The notes beneath the pieces are model-generated. The model saw only the letters and a program-made list of their open reading frames with translations, was not told the origin of the DNA and ran no database searches. A stretch of 64,000 nucleotides of DNA from a virus, in the IMG/VR virus record IMGVR_UViG_3300000062_000003, positions 5,628-69,627 of that record. One strand, given 5' to 3'. Shown here in pieces: positions 7,802-15,595 of the stretch. The position numbers and the translations under genes are program-made. Position 1 is the stretch's first letter. The number at the start of each line of letters is the position of its first letter.

Positions 7802-8107
7802 TTACAAAGTATCTGATTTATCTCTATAAACTAGTATATACTCTTCTTTTGTGCGTTTATAAATTATAGAATCTCTACCTTTTAAATCTTCCATTATTAA
7901 TTCTACATCCTTAACTTTACATCCACAATCACTTCTCCATTTGGGATGATTAACAATTACTGAGGTAGTAAGCCTAGTAGCTGTCATTCCATTAACTGGT
8001 TCACCAAATACTTTGATGCCACATGGATATGAATCAACTATTTCTACCTTTGATTCTAGTACTAACTTCTCAGCATTAAAAACTTCAACCTCTTTTTTCA
8101 TACTCAT
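7802..8107 (-). CDS. Hypothetical protein
   Basis: 101-aa ORF. Confidence 0.7.
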   Translation of the reverse strand: MSMKKEVEVFNAEKLVLESKVEIVDSYPCGIKVFGEPVNGMTATRLTTSVIVNHPKWRSDCGCKVKDVELIMEDLKGRDSIIYKRTKEEYILVYRDKSDTL

Positions 8108-8129
8108 GTTTGGGTTAATTTGTTATTAC

Positions 8130-8588
8130 TTAAATATTTAATTTGATGTACTCATACATCTTTGCTTTTAATTTTGTTATATATTGTTCGGTTCCTGCAC
8201 TGGCTGCATGCAACCTAATAGCTCTATCTATATCTTTTGTGGGATTATGATGTGCTTGTACTATATCAAACATCTCCCGTGACCTCTTGGGGTCAGTGCG
8301 GTCATCATACTCAAATTTCTTATACCCAACTAATCTGTTAGCCTCATCAACATAAATATATAATTGTTGAAATAAACCAAGTGCTGAACTGTTTGGATTC
8401 TTTGCAGTAGGGATACCTCTACTTTCCATCCATATTAATGCATTTATAAATGCTTCCCACCTTACTTCTTTACTTTCTACAACCTCTATTTTGTGTGTTA
8501 TTGTAGAAATCGGATGTGCTTTTTGCTCTGTTGATACTGCTGTAGAAGCAAGTAATAGTACAAGTAACATCCCTTTGATAATGTTCAT
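8130..8588 (-). CDS. Secreted lysozyme-like/lytic transglycosylase (SLT-type)
   Basis: Signal peptide, then LIWMESRG (catalytic E-S), NPNSSALGLFQ. Confidence 0.8.
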   Translation of the reverse strand: MNIIKGMLLVLLLASTAVSTEQKAHPISTITHKIEVVESKEVRWEAFINALIWMESRGIPTAKNPNSSALGLFQQLYIYVDEANRLVGYKKFEYDDRTDPKRSREMFDIVQAHHNPTKDIDRAIRLHAASAGTEQYITKLKAKMYEYIKLNI

Positions 8589-8649
8589 AATTTATAATTT
8601 AAAAATTCTCAGGGAGCAAAGTTACTGAAAATTACCAACATAGCAAAAA

Positions 8650-8925
8650 TTATATGTTAAAATAATAGTTAAAATCAGTTAAAATAATATTATATTGTTG
8701 TTTGGATAAGGCTTCAGGTATCGCACTAGTAATTTCTACAGGTACATTTTCCCTAAAATAAGAAAAGTCTTTATATTTTATAGCTAGGTAGAATTGTCGT
8801 TCAAAATCACAGTGGTCAAGGATGTGCTGACCAACTTCTTCAATCAATTCCCTATACAGCTGATGACTTACATATAATAAATCGTCCTGTTCTTTAGCTA
8901 CTACCTTTTGTCGAATACTATCCAT
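8650..8925 (-). CDS. Hypothetical protein
   Basis: 91-aa ORF. Confidence 0.65.
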   Translation of the reverse strand: MDSIRQKVVAKEQDDLLYVSHQLYRELIEEVGQHILDHCDFERQFYLAIKYKDFSYFRENVPVEITSAIPEALSKQQYNIILTDFNYYFNI

Positions 8926-8937
8926 TTAATTTGAATG

Positions 8938-8968
8938 AAAAAATGTGGCAGTATTCCACCACATTTTC
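8938..8968 (-). terminator. Intrinsic terminator after SSB
   Basis: AAAATGTGG/CCACATTTT inverted repeat plus T-run. Confidence 0.7.
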
Positions 8969-9002
8969 AAATTATGTAACTGTGTGTGTTTTCAATTAAT
9001 TA

Positions 9003-9827
9003 TCAAAAAGGCATCTCATCATCTATAGGAAGTTCTTTACCCTTTACTGTCTCCACATTCTTGGGAGCTACAGGTTTACTTTGCTTCTCATTAGATTTTG
9101 GTGAAGGTGCTGTAGAAGCCTTTAGTTCCTTCGCAATACGTTCTAATTGTTGTTCAAGTACAGTGTTCAAATATTCGTCTTGCTCTGAGAAATCCCATAC
9201 CTCTTTGCCAAATTTTTTAACGACTGCTGGTGATGGAATCACTCCATCTGGGTTCTTGTCTGATTTATATAGTATAGCTGACTTAACAAAATCTCTTTCT
9301 GTACCATTCATATAATTGAAGAATGCAGATATGGAATATGTTTTTTGACCATTATCTTTTACATACTCTTTCTTGCTGGTAGATACAGAATACTCAACAC
9401 TTAAATCAATATTTGGAAGTATTGTAATAATTCCTTTAACTATTTGATTTAGTCCAGTACCCTTTGTATTGTATACTGGTAGTGATATGCATTCTTGATT
9501 TCCTTCTGCTGCCTTTATAAAAATACGAAGCATTGGAACTTCTCCAGTATCAAATTTAGCATTACTAATATCAATGCCTGATATTTTACCATACTCAGTA
9601 CAGTTATATTGTTTGTGGTAGTATTTAGCTCCAGATTGAGAGCTTACTATTTCTGCTACTCCTATATCTGAGCCATCATAACCAGGATTCTCAGCCTGAC
9701 GTTGTAGGAAGATTGTTTTGTCAGTATCTCCTGCCTTATGGAACAATTTACCATTACTGTTTATCTTTAGATATAAAGTACTTGTACCTGCTCCATTTCC
9801 TCCATAATTGTTTGCTACTTCTGCCAT
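9003..9827 (-). CDS. ssb: Single-stranded DNA-binding protein (crAss-type)
   Basis: Flexible tail ending in acidic DDEMPF; next to recA; TAATTTTG promoter at 9879-9886. Confidence 0.75.
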   Translation of the reverse strand: MAEVANNYGGNGAGTSTLYLKINSNGKLFHKAGDTDKTIFLQRQAENPGYDGSDIGVAEIVSSQSGAKYYHKQYNCTEYGKISGIDISNAKFDTGEVPMLRIFIKAAEGNQECISLPVYNTKGTGLNQIVKGIITILPNIDLSVEYSVSTSKKEYVKDNGQKTYSISAFFNYMNGTERDFVKSAILYKSDKNPDGVIPSPAVVKKFGKEVWDFSEQDEYLNTVLEQQLERIAKELKASTAPSPKSNEKQSKPVAPKNVETVKGKELPIDDEMPF

Positions 9828-9929
9828 AATTGTTTAATTTTTTTGGTTGTTTAAAATATTATTGTTGTTTACTGAGTACAAAATTACTCATATAGTTTTA
9901 TATACTAAAATCTATTTTCTTAAAATATA

Positions 9930-10469
9930 TTAATTAGCATTATTAGGTTGTATGGCCTTCCTGAAAAACTTACCTAAAATATTGTCATTCACAAAGATAT
10001 CTTTATTTTGCGGCTCTAATACTCCTTCTGAAAATAAGAAAGCAGTTTCTAAAAATGTTAGTTGAGACTTTGTAGATGCTACTCCTAATACACAACGATG
10101 TACAACAGTCACTTTTCCTGATTGTAAGTCGGATATTAGTTGTTTATCTTTGAAACTACCGAAGTATAACTTCCAATCAGTCTCCCTGACCACCTTTTTC
10201 TTCTTACTACCACGTTTATCTTCCATAGCAGCCAATTCTTTCTTCCCTTTATCTACTTTATTTTCAGAAAGAATTTGTTTTCTACCTATATATCGTTTAC
10301 CATTAGAAAATTGTACCTCATATACAAATCCTATTATGTGGTCACGGTCAATGTCTATAATATGTTTTTCCGCATATGCCCTCTTGAAATCTTCTATTGT
10401 TTCTATATAAAAAGCAGTACCATACTTAGCGGTAGCTGACCATCTTGGTAGTCTTGAATTTATTCTCAT
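9930..10469 (-). CDS. GIY-YIG family nuclease
   Basis: GFVY-x8-YIGRKQ and ETDWKLYFGS motifs; 4-bp overlap with the recA stop. Confidence 0.75.
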   Translation of the reverse strand: MRINSRLPRWSATAKYGTAFYIETIEDFKRAYAEKHIIDIDRDHIIGFVYEVQFSNGKRYIGRKQILSENKVDKGKKELAAMEDKRGSKKKKVVRETDWKLYFGSFKDKQLISDLQSGKVTVVHRCVLGVASTKSQLTFLETAFLFSEGVLEPQNKDIFVNDNILGKFFRKAIQPNNAN

Positions 10470-11518
10470 ACAAAATTATCTATTTTCTCAATTAATTCTA
10501 AATTATCTTCTAGTAAATTTAACATAGCAATCTCTCCCTGTGCAAGGGAAACCTGTGTAAGTTCTCCATTTTCGTCCTTATCTAGGAACTTATACCAAGA
10601 ACCAGCTTTAATTATAGCTCCTTTAGTTAGTGCATCTGTAAGTACTTCTGACATAAATTTGAAACCATCCCCATAAAACATTTTCCATATAGTCTTACCT
10701 TTGGGCATTCCATTCTTATTCTTATATACAGTGACCTTTACATCATTTCCTATTTGCTCTTCTCCTGTTTTTATTGCAGTAGTACCAACCATGTCAATAC
10801 GGACAAATGCATAATACTCCTTAGCAGTTCCTCCAGGAGTAGTCGTTGGCGCACCATATCCACCAATATTCTCTCTGAATTGATTAATCATCACTACGGC
10901 TGTTTTAGTGCGATTTACGGCAGTCAATGCTTTTTTAATACCATTAGACATTCCGCTTGCTTTAAGTCCCATACGGTTAGATATCATGCTGTCATTTTGA
11001 AGGTCAGCCTCTACCATCATAGCATCTATAGAATCAATAACTATAAGGTCATAGTTTTGGAAATAAGTATTCTTTGTTTTGTCGGTCAGGGTGAATTTAT
11101 CTAAATCACAGCACGAAGCATATAAAGTAGAATAAATATCATCCATATCTAAAGTACGTGCAACATCTACTTTGCTCATATCAACACCTAATTTAATTGC
11201 ATATTGTACTTTAAAAGCATGCTCTGCGTCAATAAATAGCACTCTGAAGTCAGGGTTGATTTTTTGATTGTATGCAATTGTCTGTAATACTAATGTAGTT
11301 TTTCCACTAGATTGCATTCCATTTAATAATGTAAAATAACCTTTAGCAAATCCACCACCTATTTTATCATTTAACCAACGAGATGGTGTAGGGATAGCTT
11401 CTATTACATCATCCTTAGGAAGTTCATAGATATCAATATTAAGAGAGTTCTTAATTCTTGCTAGAGTACTTGCCTTAGATTCTCCTGGTTTAATTTCTGT
11501 AGTTTGTTTTCTTGCCAT
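10466..11518 (-). CDS. recA: RecA/UvsX-like recombinase
   Basis: Walker A GMQSSGKTT, FIDAEH, IVIDSI, INQFRENIG, TTPGG and KNK motifs; TAAATTTG promoter at 11540-11547. Confidence 0.95.
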   Translation of the reverse strand: MARKQTTEIKPGESKASTLARIKNSLNIDIYELPKDDVIEAIPTPSRWLNDKIGGGFAKGYFTLLNGMQSSGKTTLVLQTIAYNQKINPDFRVLFIDAEHAFKVQYAIKLGVDMSKVDVARTLDMDDIYSTLYASCCDLDKFTLTDKTKNTYFQNYDLIVIDSIDAMMVEADLQNDSMISNRMGLKASGMSNGIKKALTAVNRTKTAVVMINQFRENIGGYGAPTTTPGGTAKEYYAFVRIDMVGTTAIKTGEEQIGNDVKVTVYKNKNGMPKGKTIWKMFYGDGFKFMSEVLTDALTKGAIIKAGSWYKFLDKDENGELTQVSLAQGEIAMLNLLEDNLELIEKIDNFV

Positions 11519-12361
11519 ATATTATCTTTCTATTAAGTACAAATTTAATAATTTATATTTTAATACACAAATAGAAAAAGTTAATTTAATATAAATCAGA
11601 TATATAAGTAAAATTATGTATGTTTAACAATATAAATTTGTATACATTATTATATTGTAGTATCTTTACATCAGTTTAAAGAGATAAACTCTGTTATTTG
11701 ACTATGTGATATACGATTCTAACAGTAATTATTGGTACAGGTATTTTTACCAGACAGATATATAGTGAGTATTTTTCTGAATTGAAGAACTACGAAAAAC
11801 TTCTTTTCACTAAGGGCAACCGATTGCTTATTATATATTTCCGAAGCCAAGTTCAAACACGTTAAAGGGCGTGGGCTTTGTAGACGTTGGATTGTAGGCG
11901 CGCCATTAATTTGGAAACATAGTGCTGAGGTTTCTCCGATACTGTCAAAAATATCCTTAGTATAAGTATTATAATCATACTGTTGTCCTCTCCTTCGTAG
12001 GGAGTTACAGGCAAAAAGGACTTTAGGTAACATTAATCTTCGGATTATAGAGACGGGCAGTTTAAATGATTATGTGTGAAAGCTAAGGATGAAATCGGCG
12101 CAGGTAACTGTTGCTCAACTTTTTGAAGAAAATTCATTAAGGGCTTTTTCCTATGTACATACATTAAGTATTTAAAATAATATATTTTTCAGCCAATTAT
12201 AATATTTAAAGAATATAATATCAGCCAGTTAATAAGTTTAGCAGTTAATTTGTTATACTTATTATTAGTAAAGCAGATAATTTATATATCTTAAATATCT
12301 GGGTATACCCCTAGTGCAAACTAGACGCTTTCGAGGTCAGGGTACTAGCTTTTGAATCTTA

Positions 12362-12475
12362 TAGCTAGAATTTAAACTAGCTAGAATTTAAACTAGCTAG
12401 AATTTAAACTAGCTAGAATTTAAACTAGCTAGAATTTAAACTAGCTAGAATTTAAACTAGCTAGAATTTAAACTA
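12362..12475. repeat. Tandem array 7 x TAGCTAGAATTTAAAC (iteron-like; origin candidate)
   Basis: Seven perfect 16-bp units with no spacers, in the divergent intergenic region; flanked by GGTCAGGG (12335-12342) and CCCTGACC (12481-12488). Confidence 0.9.
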
Positions 12476-12661
12476 CACACCCCTGACCACCTTATTAAAG
12501 TTAAATATAGTTATAAATTAACTAATATCTTATATCCTGTATATTAGTAAGGCTATAGGCAATAACTATGTGAAATTCTTTCCTTTGCATGTTGTGATAA
12601 CAGTATATATCGGATACCGCATGTAGAAACCAATTACAATACAGTCAGGTATTTCGAGATT

Positions 12662-12694
12662 AAGTGTATTAGAGCCATCTAATACACTTTTTTT
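12662..12694 (+). terminator. Intrinsic terminator in the putative origin region
   Basis: AAGTGTATTAGA/TCTAATACACTT hairpin plus T-run. Confidence 0.75.
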
Positions 12695-12759
12695 CGTTTT
12701 ATACCATATGGAAATAGTTAAATTAAGTTAAAATATTTGGAAATGTAGTAATTATGTTG

Positions 12760-12767
12760 TATATTTG
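12760..12767 (+). promoter_or_regulatory. -7 promoter element TATATTTG for the rightward operon
   Basis: Exact TAnnTTTG 4 nt upstream of ATG 12772. Confidence 0.6.
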
Positions 12768-12771
12768 TTGG

Positions 12772-12927
12772 ATGAAGTTTATTCTTAGGTATTTTAAATC
12801 TCTATATTTTAAAAATAGAAAGATAGATAAGAAATGTGATAACTGTGTAAGACAACATACACTACACTGTCCAAATAGTTTCTTCTGTTATGCTACTGAA
12901 GAAAAACCGTTCTTTTTAAGTAAATAA
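12772..12927 (+). CDS. Small Cys/His-rich protein (51 aa), possibly leaderless
   Basis: MKFILRYF...KCDNCVRQHTLHCPNSFFC; manual translation, below the ORF-track cutoff. Confidence 0.55.
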   Translation: MKFILRYFKSLYFKNRKIDKKCDNCVRQHTLHCPNSFFCYATEEKPFFLSK

Positions 12928-12938
12928 AAAAATAAAGT

Positions 12939-13361
12939 ATGCAAAAGAGTTTTTCTTTGGATGTTACAGTTACAGCCAAAAGTAATTATGATAAGTTATT
13001 AAGTGCAATTAAGATGTATGTACGACTCAAGGAAGTTATCTTAATGAACGAAATATCTGATGAAGCTCTTGGAACTAAGTTAAAGGAGTTGCGCTTGCCT
13101 ATTGAGGAGAAATGCCTCAAGGTTCTTACATATTATGTAATGTATGGATTCTCAAAGGAGACTAATGCAGAATGTTGCAAGGAATTAAAACTTAGCAGAC
13201 AAACTAATACACAGATTATTTCATATCTAACAAAACAGGGGTTTTTAACAAAAGATATTTTCAATCAGACAATGCGCCATATTAATGAAGAATTAATAGC
13301 ATTGAAACAATTGATAACAAGACAAGAGAGGAGTATTATCTCTATTGAGTTTGTATCATGA
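12939..13361 (+). CDS. Hypothetical protein, possible HTH
   Basis: 140 aa; helical pattern CKELKLSRQTNTQIISYLTKQG. Confidence 0.75.
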   Translation: MQKSFSLDVTVTAKSNYDKLLSAIKMYVRLKEVILMNEISDEALGTKLKELRLPIEEKCLKVLTYYVMYGFSKETNAECCKELKLSRQTNTQIISYLTKQGFLTKDIFNQTMRHINEELIALKQLITRQERSIISIEFVS

Positions 13362-13798
13362 ACAATGGGAACAGGGAAATTTATGAAACAGAAGTTGAGA
13401 TATTAGAAAAGGTTTATCAACAATTACAACAACAAGGGGAGTATATAACAAGAACCCAATTACAATATCTATATAAGGTTATTACAAAATATATAACATC
13501 ACAGAGCCACTCCCCAGACACTCTTGGAATAGTACTACCACATCTAGGATGTCTTTACTTATCAGAAAAATCTATTTTAAGTAAGTTAAGAGGACTCAGG
13601 AAAACAAAACAATATGATAGGTTCGATTTATACACACAAAAGTTAGACAAATTATATAATGAAGTCCCTGAAGAGCAGATGTATAAATCTATATATTTTC
13701 AACCTAGGCTAAGAAATATAAAGAAATTAACTAATGGAATAACAATTCAAGAAGTTATTAGAAGGCAAAATAATGATTACGAAAAAATCAAAGGTTAA
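13358..13798 (+). CDS. HU/IHF-like DNA-binding protein (putative)
   Basis: Helix-helix then IVLPHLGCLYL, resembling the HU/IHF V.L.xFG.F strand. Confidence 0.5.
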   Translation: MNNGNREIYETEVEILEKVYQQLQQQGEYITRTQLQYLYKVITKYITSQSHSPDTLGIVLPHLGCLYLSEKSILSKLRGLRKTKQYDRFDLYTQKLDKLYNEVPEEQMYKSIYFQPRLRNIKKLTNGITIQEVIRRQNNDYEKIKG

Positions 13799-14438
13799 TA
13801 CAATAGTAAGCGCATTTTTATCTACCATACGAGGGATAGATGAAAATATGGATGTACCAGAGAAGGAGTTAGATAATCGCCGATTATCATGTGATGGGTG
13901 TCCTTATAATAGTAAAAACGTACCAGACGACAAGAAAAGTCTGTATAACACTGCACGAAACACTACATTAGGTACATTTTGTACTATTTGCAATTGTAAT
14001 ATAAAGGAAAAGACATTATCACCAAATGAGCAATGTGCATTAGTGGAAAAGGGCAGAAAACCACTATGGAATAGGCTGGCAGTTTTAACAGAGGGAAAGA
14101 CAGTTGACTTAATAAACCTATCTCCTGACAAAATAAATATAGATGCCGACAAAAACAACTACTTAATATATACTGATGTTATACTACTGGATTTAAATTT
14201 TAAGTTTGGTATTAGAACAAAGGAGATAATAGAAAACATTCTATATGTAAGGAGTACCTGCCCTTGCATAAAAGTAAATGATTTTACATCTAGTGATACC
14301 ATGATAGAGGTTAATGCTACAATTAAAGCAGGAACAATAAAACAAGGATTATTCAGTAAATTTTTATATGTTTCCTATACTTCCACCCAAGGAGAAACTG
14401 TGCGGTTAGGAATACAACTAAAGGGACAGAAAGCATGA
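13773..14438 (+). CDS. Cys-rich protein with C-terminal Ig-like domain
   Basis: RRLSCDGCP...CTICNC...QC cluster, then a beta-rich domain. Confidence 0.75.
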   Translation: MITKKSKVNTIVSAFLSTIRGIDENMDVPEKELDNRRLSCDGCPYNSKNVPDDKKSLYNTARNTTLGTFCTICNCNIKEKTLSPNEQCALVEKGRKPLWNRLAVLTEGKTVDLINLSPDKINIDADKNNYLIYTDVILLDLNFKFGIRTKEIIENILYVRSTCPCIKVNDFTSSDTMIEVNATIKAGTIKQGLFSKFLYVSYTSTQGETVRLGIQLKGQKA

Positions 14439-14665
14439 AAAAAGCAGTAATACAAAGAGAGTTAAGTACTCTCATAGACGAGTCACCCCTAACTATAGGA
14501 GAGATTCTATACTCTATAATGGTAGGAACAAAGGTAACTAAAATAGCCGAAATTAAGTACTTAGATAATGACACTATTATAAAAGCTATAGATAATGAAA
14601 GAAAAGCAGTAACTGACCAACCAATGTCAGATACAGAGTTTAATAATTGGATTAACAGTAAATAA
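14435..14665 (+). CDS. Hypothetical protein
   Basis: 76 aa; 4-bp overlap with the upstream gene. Confidence 0.7.
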   Translation: MKKAVIQRELSTLIDESPLTIGEILYSIMVGTKVTKIAEIKYLDNDTIIKAIDNERKAVTDQPMSDTEFNNWINSK

Positions 14666-14671
14666 TATATC

Positions 14672-15142
14672 ATGATAGATTTTGTAGTAAAAGAGATAAA
14701 AGATAAAGCTAGTTTATGTGGGTTTTATATGGGGAAAGGAACAGAGTTAGCCACTACCTTGACCAAGGAGATAGGAGATGTAAATACTAACCATACTGTA
14801 TTAATAAAACAAGGTACATATACTTTAGAGCAGTATATTGAGTTCAAGAAGAGATTTTATTTTTCAACATTACTAAGAGAAGACACTCATAAACATATAA
14901 TAGCTGCTAACACTTTGTATGAGTTATTTCTATTTTTATCTAAGCAAGAAAACAAAAAACCTGAGGATTACTTCACACCAGAGGAAATAAAGTTCTTAGA
15001 AAGTAATGCGGATGCCAGTCTTGGTGTAACAGCTAAAGTAAAGAATGAAATTGTGTTTAAAAATCCTGAGGTTGAAAAATTTATTAATGATAGACTTGCA
15101 GAGACTGCACCAGCTGAATTTGAAAAACTTTTAAACTCGTAA
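14672..15142 (+). CDS. Hypothetical protein
   Basis: 156 aa in operon. Confidence 0.75.
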   Translation: MIDFVVKEIKDKASLCGFYMGKGTELATTLTKEIGDVNTNHTVLIKQGTYTLEQYIEFKKRFYFSTLLREDTHKHIIAANTLYELFLFLSKQENKKPEDYFTPEEIKFLESNADASLGVTAKVKNEIVFKNPEVEKFINDRLAETAPAEFEKLLNS

Positions 15143-15145
15143 TAT

Positions 15146-15586
15146 ATGGCAAGTATTGGCAGGAAGCCGAAAAGTGGTGAGTTAGTAGTACTTGAGAATC
15201 ATATAAGAGTAGCACAAGATGTATTAGTAAGTTTGGATGCACAAATACAAGCATTTAATGCTAAAGGTAAGCGTTTCAAAACTATTATACAGAATATGGA
15301 TGAGTTCACCAAGCTATATAAATTTCACCTTGAGTATGCATCTGAATATTCTAGATTAATAGGGCTTATTAGGTACTGTGAAGATACACAAAAACAGTCT
15401 AAAAAACTACGGGAGGGGTCAGTTATCTCTCCTGTTATTGATTTAGTATCTAATGAAAGTACGTTAGCACAAGCATTGGCTAATCTACTTACCGAGTTTG
15501 GTATGGAACTTCCAGATAGCGTATTAAATACTTATTCTGATAATATGGAACCTAAGAGCAAGAGGAGCAAGAAAAACAAAGACTAA
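15146..15586 (+). CDS. Hypothetical protein, possible terminase small subunit
   Basis: Directly upstream of the terminase large subunit; N-terminal GRKPK and coiled coil. Assignment by position only. Confidence 0.55.
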   Translation: MASIGRKPKSGELVVLENHIRVAQDVLVSLDAQIQAFNAKGKRFKTIIQNMDEFTKLYKFHLEYASEYSRLIGLIRYCEDTQKQSKKLREGSVISPVIDLVSNESTLAQALANLLTEFGMELPDSVLNTYSDNMEPKSKRSKKNKD

Positions 15587-15595
15587 CCACTGACC

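Noticed and set aside
11719-12033. 104-aa minus-strand ORF in the intergenic region
   Set aside because: Atypical composition, no motif and no clear initiation context; not called as a gene.
12362-12475. CRISPR array
   Set aside because: The units are contiguous, 16 bp and identical, with no spacers and no cas genes.
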